From a virus (taxonomy: Duplodnaviria > Caudoviricetes): DNA of 64,000 nt. Location of the stretch: positions 64,001-128,000 of the IMG/VR virus record IMGVR_UViG_3300033061_001635. One strand, given 5' to 3'. This document shows positions 56,807 to 64,000 of the stretch, in pieces (within the stretch, counting starts at the first letter, position 1; each line of letters begins with the position of its first letter). The position numbers were made by a program, and so were the translations under genes. Below the pieces are notes generated by a model. It was not told where the DNA came from, made no database searches, and saw nothing but the letters and a program-made list of their open reading frames with translations.

Positions 56807-58039
56807 TTAGTTTATTAATGTACCAGTGGCATAAGCTGTGCCATTATGGCTAAGATATTTGGCATAAGAGCCCACAGGAATAACATTGAACTTATTAAAG
56901 GTTTGATAGCTATATGTAACAGTAGCATTACCGCCACCAGTATCTCCTCCCGTATAATTAACTGATGTTAATCTATTCTTTTCTCCAAGATCTATATATA
57001 AAGCATCAGCATTTGTTGCTCCACAAACCTTGATAACAATTTCTTCGTTAGGAGTATTGCTATAGTTTGTTTCACATGTGGCAGCGCTCATTGGTTGATC
57101 TTCATTATCATAAACCATAAAATCATTAGCATCGATATAATCACCAGATACTGATACTAATTCAAATTCGCTAGTAACCTCAATAGGAAATGTGGTATAT
57201 TTGTAATATGGACCAAAAAATCCTAATTCATTAATATTTTCTCTATTAAGAGAAGCGCTAACTGTTATATTTTGCACCTTTGGCGTATCGTCTTTACCAT
57301 TAACTTGGCGCTTGTATGGAACTAATATTCCAGTTGGTAACATGGTAGCATTAGGATAGGATGTGAGTTTATTAGTTGTTTCGTCTCTTGCTGTTGTTAA
57401 AGCAACATTAGCTCCAGTTATTGAAACATGCTGTCTTCTAACAACAAGACTTGCTAATTCTCCAAGATCATCAGCAGCTGCTCCGCCGGGAACGGTAACT
57501 GAACCACCCCATATCTTTCTACTACCAGCCAATGTTACTTGCTCAGTAGCATTTCCATCAACAGGGAAGGTAAAAGATACGCTATTCAAATACATTCCAG
57601 AGCATAAAGTGTGATGGTTCAAGGTTCCACTAGCTTTAGAATCAGTATCTTTAGAAACAGCGAATCTAACATTAACCATATTTGTTGCTACCTCAGTAAT
57701 ATCTTTATTTATAGATACTAGATCGGTTGCGTCGGTCCATGCTGTGCATAAAGAATACAGAGGGGCTGTTCCGTCTACTAATTTAGATAACGTTACCTCA
57801 ACTTCTGGAGACGTTTCTACTTGAGTATAGATAGATAATGTTCCAAGTTGAGAAACTGGCTCAGTATTAAATGTTGTGCTTATACCAGCACTTTGTAAAC
57901 CCAATGGCTGAATCCAGTCTGGATATGATATATAATGACTAGGATTCCTATAATTTATAGGTTGAAAATTTCCAGTAGATACTGGTTGAAGATTGATACT
58001 TTGTGTAGCATAAAAAATTCTTTTATTAAGATTACCCAT
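56807..58039 (-). CDS. Major tail tube protein-like, paralog 2
   Basis: Shared motifs RIFY, GLQS.G, PEVEVT, FPVDGNATE, RE.INELG, FPIEVTSEFE, LTSVNY.GGDTGGGN. Confidence 0.7.
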   Translation of the reverse strand: MGNLNKRIFYATQSINLQPVSTGNFQPINYRNPSHYISYPDWIQPLGLQSAGISTTFNTEPVSQLGTLSIYTQVETSPEVEVTLSKLVDGTAPLYSLCTAWTDATDLVSINKDITEVATNMVNVRFAVSKDTDSKASGTLNHHTLCSGMYLNSVSFTFPVDGNATEQVTLAGSRKIWGGSVTVPGGAAADDLGELASLVVRRQHVSITGANVALTTARDETTNKLTSYPNATMLPTGILVPYKRQVNGKDDTPKVQNITVSASLNRENINELGFFGPYYKYTTFPIEVTSEFELVSVSGDYIDANDFMVYDNEDQPMSAATCETNYSNTPNEEIVIKVCGATNADALYIDLGEKNRLTSVNYTGGDTGGGNATVTYSYQTFNKFNVIPVGSYAKYLSHNGTAYATGTLIN

Positions 58040-59234
58040 TATAAATATCTCCAGTATTTAATTCTAGTGTGGAAGTTGATGATGTAGAGCTATTGATATT
58101 TTGAACATTAACTGTATTATTAGCATCAGTAATAGTCAATCCCACAGCATATGTGCCACTAGCATCTATTTTAAAATCATTGAAATTTCTAAAACTATAC
58201 GTTACTGTGGCATTTCCACCACCAGTATCTCCACCAGCATAATTAACTGCTGTTAATGTATTTTTTGAGCCAAGATCAAAAGTCATACTATTATTACCAT
58301 TTCTATGATCAAAATCACAAATGGCTAATCTAATAGTTTTGTATGCTAAATTAGTTTTAGATGTTCCGCAAAAACTATCACCACTAAAGTCTTTGAAATC
58401 TAAACCATCGCCGTCTTCTGCAATAATTTCAAATTCGCTAGTAACTTCAATTGGGAAAGTTGCATATCTGCAATATGGACTAAATTTACCCAGCTGATTG
58501 ATACTTTCTCTTCCAAGATTAGCGCTCATGGTAATATTTTGAAGGTGAGGCAGTTTTGAAGGGTTGTATGTTGGACCACCAATTCCTCCCGTTCCAACAG
58601 GAAGCGTGGATCCTTGGATATTAAAATATTGTCTACGTAAAATTCCACTACTACTTGATGGTCTTACTCCATTCATTACTTTTCCTTGAGTAAAGGTGTC
58701 ACCAACTGATGGGCCCGACGTATTCACGCCAGCATAGTTGTGGTTCCATCGTTTATTATTTCCGACAAGTGTAATTTCTTCGGTAGCATTTCCTTCTACT
58801 GGTAATGTATAATTAAAACTAGATAAATACATTCCTGTGCATACAACATATGAAGCTGCTGAATTCTCTGTGAATTGATTATTATCTTCATAAATTCCTA
58901 GACGAAAATGAACTCTATTATTTGATAATGACACTAAACTAGCATTTTTAGCACTTCCTATTCCACCTCCACCTCCCATTGCCATTAAATACAAAGGACT
59001 GGTACTATCTATTACTTTGTTAATAGTCACTTCAACTTCTGGCACAGTTTCAACGTTGTCATATATTTCTACAGTTCCTAATTGAAAAGTTTGTTCTCGG
59101 TTAAAATTTGTTGTCATGCCAACGCTTTGGACACCTAGAGGATTATACCAATAGGCTGATTTCTGAGATCCATCAGCATTACATGGTCTTAATTGAGCAA
59201 CCTGAGAAGCATAATAAATTCTGTTGTTCGGCAT
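58032..59234 (-). CDS. Major tail tube protein-like, paralog 1
   Basis: Same motifs; GGGAG RBS; preceded by candidate promoter. Confidence 0.7.
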   Translation of the reverse strand: MPNNRIYYASQVAQLRPCNADGSQKSAYWYNPLGVQSVGMTTNFNREQTFQLGTVEIYDNVETVPEVEVTINKVIDSTSPLYLMAMGGGGGIGSAKNASLVSLSNNRVHFRLGIYEDNNQFTENSAASYVVCTGMYLSSFNYTLPVEGNATEEITLVGNNKRWNHNYAGVNTSGPSVGDTFTQGKVMNGVRPSSSSGILRRQYFNIQGSTLPVGTGGIGGPTYNPSKLPHLQNITMSANLGRESINQLGKFSPYCRYATFPIEVTSEFEIIAEDGDGLDFKDFSGDSFCGTSKTNLAYKTIRLAICDFDHRNGNNSMTFDLGSKNTLTAVNYAGGDTGGGNATVTYSFRNFNDFKIDASGTYAVGLTITDANNTVNVQNINSSTSSTSTLELNTGDIYNG

Positions 59235-59270
59235 TGTAAACTCCCGTGAAATAGGATGTATATTTTATAG

Positions 59271-59278
59271 AATACACC
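59271..59278 (-). promoter_or_regulatory. Candidate phage late-promoter motif GGTGTATT
   Basis: Intergenic, 37 nt upstream of the first tube gene ATG 59234. Confidence 0.5.
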
Positions 59279-59284
59279 AAATAC

Positions 59285-60037
59285 TTAGTAATAAATTATA
59301 TTGTTTTGTTCGTTCTTTATCGAATCCAATAAGCTATGTGAAATTTCTTTGGCAACCGTATAATTATCAAAACTCATGCAAAATTTATGTAAAGTATCTT
59401 GGTTTTCAATCATGGCTATCATGGGTTTTTGATATAATATTACATTATTATTAATATTCATTATATCTGTATTTAATTGATCAATTCTACTACCATCATA
59501 CACCAAAAAATAATAACTGTTATTCATTTTAGCATTTGTGGATAAAATATGACTAATAGCATCGTCTATTATTATATCATATAAAAAATTATGAGCTTTC
59601 CACTTAGATTTTTGCATTAAGGAGTTGCAGATGTCATTATGTTTTTCTGGTAAAAATGGCCTAAATGACCTTGATCTGAACATAAAAGATATTGCAACTG
59701 GCGGAATATCTAAGTTGGATAGTTTGGCAATAATATTATCAAAATCAATAGAAGAATCAGAGCAGTCGATTAGCACATATAATCTGACCGAAGAATTAGC
59801 ACTTATCATTTCCTCCAAAGCGCCATCTGTAAAATTTTCTTCATATTGATTATATATATTTTGAGAAAAACCATATCTACAAGCATAATTTTGAATATGA
59901 TTATATCCCTTATCATCAACAGATATTTCTTTAATATCCATAATTTTAGAAATAATATCTTTGGAACATCCTTTTAATATATTTGAATTATCGAGAGGAG
60001 TAGCAAACATGCATTCACAACATTTTGTATTTACCAT
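59285..60037 (-). CDS. Hypothetical protein with N-terminal Cys cluster
   Basis: 250-aa ORF; KCCEC...GC...AC; AAGGA RBS. Confidence 0.65.
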   Translation of the reverse strand: MVNTKCCECMFATPLDNSNILKGCSKDIISKIMDIKEISVDDKGYNHIQNYACRYGFSQNIYNQYEENFTDGALEEMISANSSVRLYVLIDCSDSSIDFDNIIAKLSNLDIPPVAISFMFRSRSFRPFLPEKHNDICNSLMQKSKWKAHNFLYDIIIDDAISHILSTNAKMNNSYYFLVYDGSRIDQLNTDIMNINNNVILYQKPMIAMIENQDTLHKFCMSFDNYTVAKEISHSLLDSIKNEQNNIIYY

Positions 60038-60048
60038 AAATATTCCTT

Positions 60049-60693
60049 TTATAAATATTGTTCGATATTAGTTTGTATAATTTTATATATATTATCTTCT
60101 ACGCTATTAATAGCTCTGGTAGTCCAATTATTGTCTTCTGTTCCCGCAAATTCTGATGGAACTTTCCACGATCCGCTTGAGGGTTTCATAATAGCCATTC
60201 CAGATCTAGAATATGAAAAATTACCATAAACAACCTCATAATCTCGTACTATTATTTCATTTCCTCCGTATAATAACCATTCTAACCAAGGAAGTATATA
60301 TCCTTTATTGTCATCTGAAACAGTAGCTATACTTGAAGATATAACTCCGTTCATATCGTCGGATTTCATCATAGTTATAGTAAATCCGCCTATTATACTA
60401 TTTGACGATATTTTTGTGTTTGAATTTTTAACATCTAAAGTTTCTATTAATGCATCTATTACTAGAGGTATTGATCCTGGATTTGATATCCCAAACTCTG
60501 CTTTTAATGTTCCTGCCATTAAAGAAGAATATTCTGGTTGAGACCGCAATGCTTCTGCTATTAAGAACTTAATTTCATTAGAAATAATTTTAATTGATTT
60601 ACTTAGGGCATTATCAATAACCTTTTTAATTTCAATCAGTATCAAGTCCTTAATTTTACTATCTGTTTCTAGTAAAGTTAAAGATATTTTCAT
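60049..60693 (-). CDS. Neck / tail-completion-type protein (putative)
   Basis: Synteny; 'LPWLEWLL..G', 'NNWTTRAI'; start 60693 inferred from ATGA overlap with upstream stop (ORF track 60711). Confidence 0.5.
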   Translation of the reverse strand: MKISLTLLETDSKIKDLILIEIKKVIDNALSKSIKIISNEIKFLIAEALRSQPEYSSLMAGTLKAEFGISNPGSIPLVIDALIETLDVKNSNTKISSNSIIGGFTITMMKSDDMNGVISSSIATVSDDNKGYILPWLEWLLYGGNEIIVRDYEVVYGNFSYSRSGMAIMKPSSGSWKVPSEFAGTEDNNWTTRAINSVEDNIYKIIQTNIEQYL

Positions 60694-61211
60694 TTTCTTT
60701 TCCACATACAAATGATATAGGCATTGTCTCCTAGTCCAGCGAGTTCAGGATCTCCGTATCTTTCATATATAAAATTACCATATTTATTAATAGTATTATC
60801 CACCACTAATTCTGTAGCATTTCTTATTTTGGATAATAATTCAATTTTACATATTGTCTGAACCATTCCATTGGGAATATTCAATGTTTTTGATGACCAA
60901 TTTAACCAATGCTTGCTATCAAAAATACAAGCCAAATAGACGATTTCTGTACCAATATTAGATTGTATCATTCCCATACCCATACAAACAGGACAAATAG
61001 TTCCTTCGGTAAATACAACTGGTCCTGTTTCATTATATTTATTAGTAGATAATTGTGATATACTATCAAAAATACAATTATTACAATATATAGGACTATT
61101 AGTTCCTGTGTATCTCAAAGTACATGGTACAGTTAGACCACTGCTGTCTAATAGCATATTAATACTATCTTTATAAAGATTTTTAAATTCGGCACCAAAT
61201 AAATTATGCAT
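60690..61211 (-). CDS. Head-closure/adaptor-like protein with inserted Zn ribbon (putative)
   Basis: CNNC...CPVCMG; beta-rich; position in neck cluster. Confidence 0.5.
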   Translation of the reverse strand: MHNLFGAEFKNLYKDSINMLLDSSGLTVPCTLRYTGTNSPIYCNNCIFDSISQLSTNKYNETGPVVFTEGTICPVCMGMGMIQSNIGTEIVYLACIFDSKHWLNWSSKTLNIPNGMVQTICKIELLSKIRNATELVVDNTINKYGNFIYERYGDPELAGLGDNAYIICMWKRK

Positions 61212-61212
61212 T

Positions 61213-61407
61213 TTATATATAAACTATATCTGAGGATGTTGTGTCTTTAATATCAATTAATGATTCAATAACCGACCCATATAATGTTGTGCTGGTATTT
61301 GATATGTAAATAGTTTTACTAATTAAGTCTATAAAATTTACAGATAAATCTTTTTGATAAATTTCTAATGCTACTTTTGCAATATTGGTTTGTAATGTTA
61401 TATTCAT
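61213..61407 (-). CDS. Hypothetical protein
   Basis: 64-aa ORF coupled to neighbours (TAATG overlap). Confidence 0.5.
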   Translation of the reverse strand: MNITLQTNIAKVALEIYQKDLSVNFIDLISKTIYISNTSTTLYGSVIESLIDIKDTTSSDIVYI

Positions 61408-61640
61408 TATGATAATAACTTTTTAGGCTCTCCTGCTAATCCCGGACCGGCTGGAGCATACGGAGCATTCTCGTTAATTATTGCTTGTATACACAACTGA
61501 GCCCATGATTCTGCTTCGGCTGCTGATGACCATGCTGTTCCATTTGGCCAATCCGGCTGATATATAATTGGTTCTGGTCTATCATCAGAATATATCTTAA
61601 CACAAAAATTATTAGCATCTATTGAATAAGTTAAATTCAT
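61407..61640 (-). CDS. Small hypothetical protein (fibre-associated type)
   Basis: AAGGAG RBS; 'YQPDWPNGTAWSSAAEAESWA'. Confidence 0.7.
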   Translation of the reverse strand: MNLTYSIDANNFCVKIYSDDRPEPIIYQPDWPNGTAWSSAAEAESWAQLCIQAIINENAPYAPAGPGLAGEPKKLLS

Positions 61641-61654
61641 TTATTTCTCCTTAA

Positions 61655-63916
61655 TTATGTAAGATTAATCCAATTATAGTCAGCTATTGATCTTTGAGTC
61701 CAGTTAATTCCATTTGTTGATGTTAATACTGTGGTAGTGCTTCCTATAATAATAAAAGTATTATTTTTGTAAATGATTTTATTCCATGGTCCATTTAATA
61801 CTATATTACTAGTCCAATTTATTAGATCATTAGATACTATAATATTAGCTAAATTATATCCTATAGCAACATAAGTATTATTCCCATATGCTATAGATTT
61901 CCATCCTGCAGATTCGGGCAGGTTGGCCGTTGTCCATGATGTGCCGTTTGCGCTGTATGCTATTTTATTGGTTTGTGCAGCAACTATAGCAAATTTATTT
62001 CCATAAATAATATCATTCCAATTATTGGTACTGGGCAAAGATCTTTGTGTCCATGTTATACCATCAGCAGATGTTGCAATGGTTGCTGAATTATAATTCA
62101 TTGCTACAAAAATACCATTACCATAAGCACAACCATTCCAGCTAGATGAAGACGGAGCATTTGGCCCACCAATAAAAATTTGGAACGGTAATGTAAATTT
62201 TGTCCAATTTAACCCGTCTGTTGATATTATTCCATTTGCAGAAGCATTTGCCAATATGATAAATTTATTATTAGCATAAGCTATACATGTCCATTGATTA
62301 TTAACATTTGTCACATTGAAATTTCTGCTAGTCCATGTTATACCATTTGTTGAAAATTCGTAATCTGAACTACCATATGCACAAGCAATAAATTTAGAAT
62401 CTCCATAAGCCACGTCTTTCCATGATCTGGTTGCTGTTAAATTATTAACAGACCATGATGATCCATTATTATCACTTAATGCTATTACATTAGAGTTATC
62501 TGCAATTGCTATAAAATTATTTACAATATTAGTTAGTGTTGTACTAGAAGTAATGGTTGGCGTAGGAGTGGCGCTCAATGTTGGGGTAGACGTTAGCGTA
62601 GGAGTGGCGCTCAATGTTGGGGTAGACGTTAGCGTAGGAGTGGCGCTCAATGCTGGGGTAGATGTTAGCGTAGGAGTGGTGCTCAATGCTGGGGTAGATG
62701 TTAGCGTAGGCGTGGCGCTCAATGCTGGGGTAGATGTTAGCGTAGGAGTGGCGCTCAATGTTGGGGTAGATGTTAGCGTAGGAGTAGATGTTAGTACTGG
62801 AGCATCTCCACTTGTGGATGTTGGAGTTGGCGTTTTTGTAGGAGTAGGCGTTAAACTCTTAGTTGGAGTTGGAGTATTTCCGGTTGTGGATGTTGGTGTT
62901 GGAGTAGATGTTGGCGTAGCAGCACCGCCAGATGTTGGAGTTGGAGAGTTTGTCACCGACGGTGTTGATTGTGTGTTGTGATAAGGCAATATTTCTATAG
63001 ACCATCTTACTATTCCATTATATAAGGTACTGCTAAGCGTATTTAATTCACCCAATGATGTATCAATAATAGTAAAATAATTATGTTGAAATTCTTCTAC
63101 TAATTGTGGATAGTTTTTCCCATTAGGATTAATTGCTCCATATTTGTCTAATCCAAACGATAATGTTTTAGCCACAGCATCAGAATCATAAAGATGAAGA
63201 ACTTTATCTTTTTGTGCTATCAATATATCTATAATGGTATTTCTTTGAGTAGCAGACTGTGCAAAAATATGAAGAAATATTTCTTGAGTCCAAATATTTT
63301 CTGTCGTACCTAATTCATACGGTTTGAGTTTGGTGCTAGGAGCTAACTCTAGAATGATTGCTGGTAATTGAACTCTATGAATAGAGGTTATGGCATAGTC
63401 GCCGTTTGCTTTATAATTTGAAGGAGTATATGTTTCTTTTTGTACTTCTTTCCACCAAATAGAATCGCTAGCTTTATATGTTTGTATATATCTATAAGAA
63501 TAACTAGCAATAACAGAGCTAGATGATGATACTGCATTATTAAATTTTATTTGTCCAAGGGGATAGTTGACAGAATATCCGTATCCTCCGCTGCCTGTCG
63601 GTGCTGGTAAGAAAATATTATTTAGATATAATCCAGAAAATGATGATGGAACTGTATCATTATAGACTACTCCTGATTCATATACCCAATCTTTGCGAAT
63701 AGACTGCCATAGCCTGCTTCCTGCTACTGTTGGATCTGGTGCTAATTTAAGAACATGAAATCCGAACGCACCGGATATTGCAGGAGAAGGATTTGGCACA
63801 TTAACAAAGCCACCTATGTTTAAAAAAGACCAATCTAAAAATGATTTTAGATTATCTTCTAATAAAGAAATTTTATCTTTTTGAGTAATAGATCTGACAT
63901 TATGAAATTGGGTCAT
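61655..63916 (-). CDS. Tail terminator/neck-like domain fused via Thr/Pro linker to BNR-like beta-propeller
   Basis: N-terminal ~310 aa with terminator-like 'VQLPAIILE...PYELG...IFLHIFA....RN.I.DIL'; (TP)n linker; C-terminal propeller similar to 19885..21180. Confidence 0.6.
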   Translation of the reverse strand: MTQFHNVRSITQKDKISLLEDNLKSFLDWSFLNIGGFVNVPNPSPAISGAFGFHVLKLAPDPTVAGSRLWQSIRKDWVYESGVVYNDTVPSSFSGLYLNNIFLPAPTGSGGYGYSVNYPLGQIKFNNAVSSSSSVIASYSYRYIQTYKASDSIWWKEVQKETYTPSNYKANGDYAITSIHRVQLPAIILELAPSTKLKPYELGTTENIWTQEIFLHIFAQSATQRNTIIDILIAQKDKVLHLYDSDAVAKTLSFGLDKYGAINPNGKNYPQLVEEFQHNYFTIIDTSLGELNTLSSTLYNGIVRWSIEILPYHNTQSTPSVTNSPTPTSGGAATPTSTPTPTSTTGNTPTPTKSLTPTPTKTPTPTSTSGDAPVLTSTPTLTSTPTLSATPTLTSTPALSATPTLTSTPALSTTPTLTSTPALSATPTLTSTPTLSATPTLTSTPTLSATPTPTITSSTTLTNIVNNFIAIADNSNVIALSDNNGSSWSVNNLTATRSWKDVAYGDSKFIACAYGSSDYEFSTNGITWTSRNFNVTNVNNQWTCIAYANNKFIILANASANGIISTDGLNWTKFTLPFQIFIGGPNAPSSSSWNGCAYGNGIFVAMNYNSATIATSADGITWTQRSLPSTNNWNDIIYGNKFAIVAAQTNKIAYSANGTSWTTANLPESAGWKSIAYGNNTYVAIGYNLANIIVSNDLINWTSNIVLNGPWNKIIYKNNTFIIIGSTTTVLTSTNGINWTQRSIADYNWINLT
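62560..62793. repeat. 36-bp coding tandem repeat, 6 copies plus an 18-bp half
   Basis: Unit gcgtaggagtggcgctcaatg(t/c)tggggtaga(c/t)gtta, encoding LTSTP(T/A)LSATPT on the minus strand. Confidence 0.95.
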
Positions 63917-63953
63917 TTAATATACTGACCGCCCTTCTGATTTATTATTTAGG

Positions 63954-64000
63954 TTAGGGCTGATACGTTACTATTAGTTTCCATCCATCGATGTAACCTG
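63954..64000 (-). CDS. 3' end of an upstream gene running off the window (...GYIDGWKLIVTYQP*), resembling a P-domain C-terminus
   Basis: Open frame to TAA at 63954-63956; 'G.I.GW.L' motif. Confidence 0.4.
   Translation of the reverse strand, partial: GYIDGWKLIVTYQP

Larger units (their letters stand above)
1..64000. mobile_element. Segment of a large tailed bacteriophage genome (tail morphogenesis module plus a few DNA/sugar metabolism genes)
   Basis: Dense co-oriented genes in canonical order neck > tail tube > chaperones > tape measure > fibres/tail tip; TP901-type TMP core; no host housekeeping genes or integrase in the window. Confidence 0.93.

Noticed and set aside
55669-59234. Tail sheath or major capsid identity for the triplicated genes; assembly artefact
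   Set aside because: Size, beta-rich composition and position fit tube proteins; the copies are strongly diverged, so not a mis-assembly
62560-62793. 36-bp repeats as a CRISPR array
   Set aside because: Units are head-to-tail with no spacers and encode an in-frame Thr/Pro linker; no cas genes
62553-62981. Plus-strand Val/Gly-repeat ORF (also 21539..21721)
   Set aside because: Mirror translation of the Thr/Pro repeats on the coding strand
1-64000. Alternative genetic code, tRNA/rRNA genes, lysis or integration genes
   Set aside because: Code 11 gives near-complete coding density, with TAA, TGA and TAG all used as stops; intergenic gaps are short and no such genes were recognised

Overview
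AT-rich segment of a large tailed dsDNA phage genome, probably a siphovirus-like phage since no tail sheath gene is seen. A Planctomycetota-like host is weakly suggested. Bases 1-3481 carry a short plus-strand block: sugar nucleotidyltransferase-like, degenerate glycosyltransferase-like, DUF559/Vsr-type nuclease, Rad52/Sak-like annealase and Zn-ribbon genes. Bases 3478-64000 form one long minus-strand virion morphogenesis region: neck/tail-completion genes, three tandem paralogous tail-tube-like genes, two paralogous tail chaperones, a 5986-aa tape measure protein (TMP), then fibre, adhesin and tail-tip genes. The standout is the TMP, which reads as a polyprotein. Its helical parts are interrupted by globular cassettes: thermonuclease, three HExxH metallopeptidase-like domains, P-loop kinase, HIGH-type nucleotidyltransferase, PD-(D/E)xK-like nuclease, HAD, GNAT and EF-hands. 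The cassette blocks are bounded by a recurring [FY]xxGG motif, and a 'DTVPAMLxPGEFV' module occurs five times, suggesting an injected and possibly processed effector cargo. Also notable: a circularly permuted FGE-sulfatase/C-lectin domain with an insertion, an expanded Cys-rich 'NWP' repeat family over three genes, a candidate GGTGTAT[AT] late promoter and a terminator just ahead of the TMP. All functional calls come from motif recognition by eye; no database searches were run.
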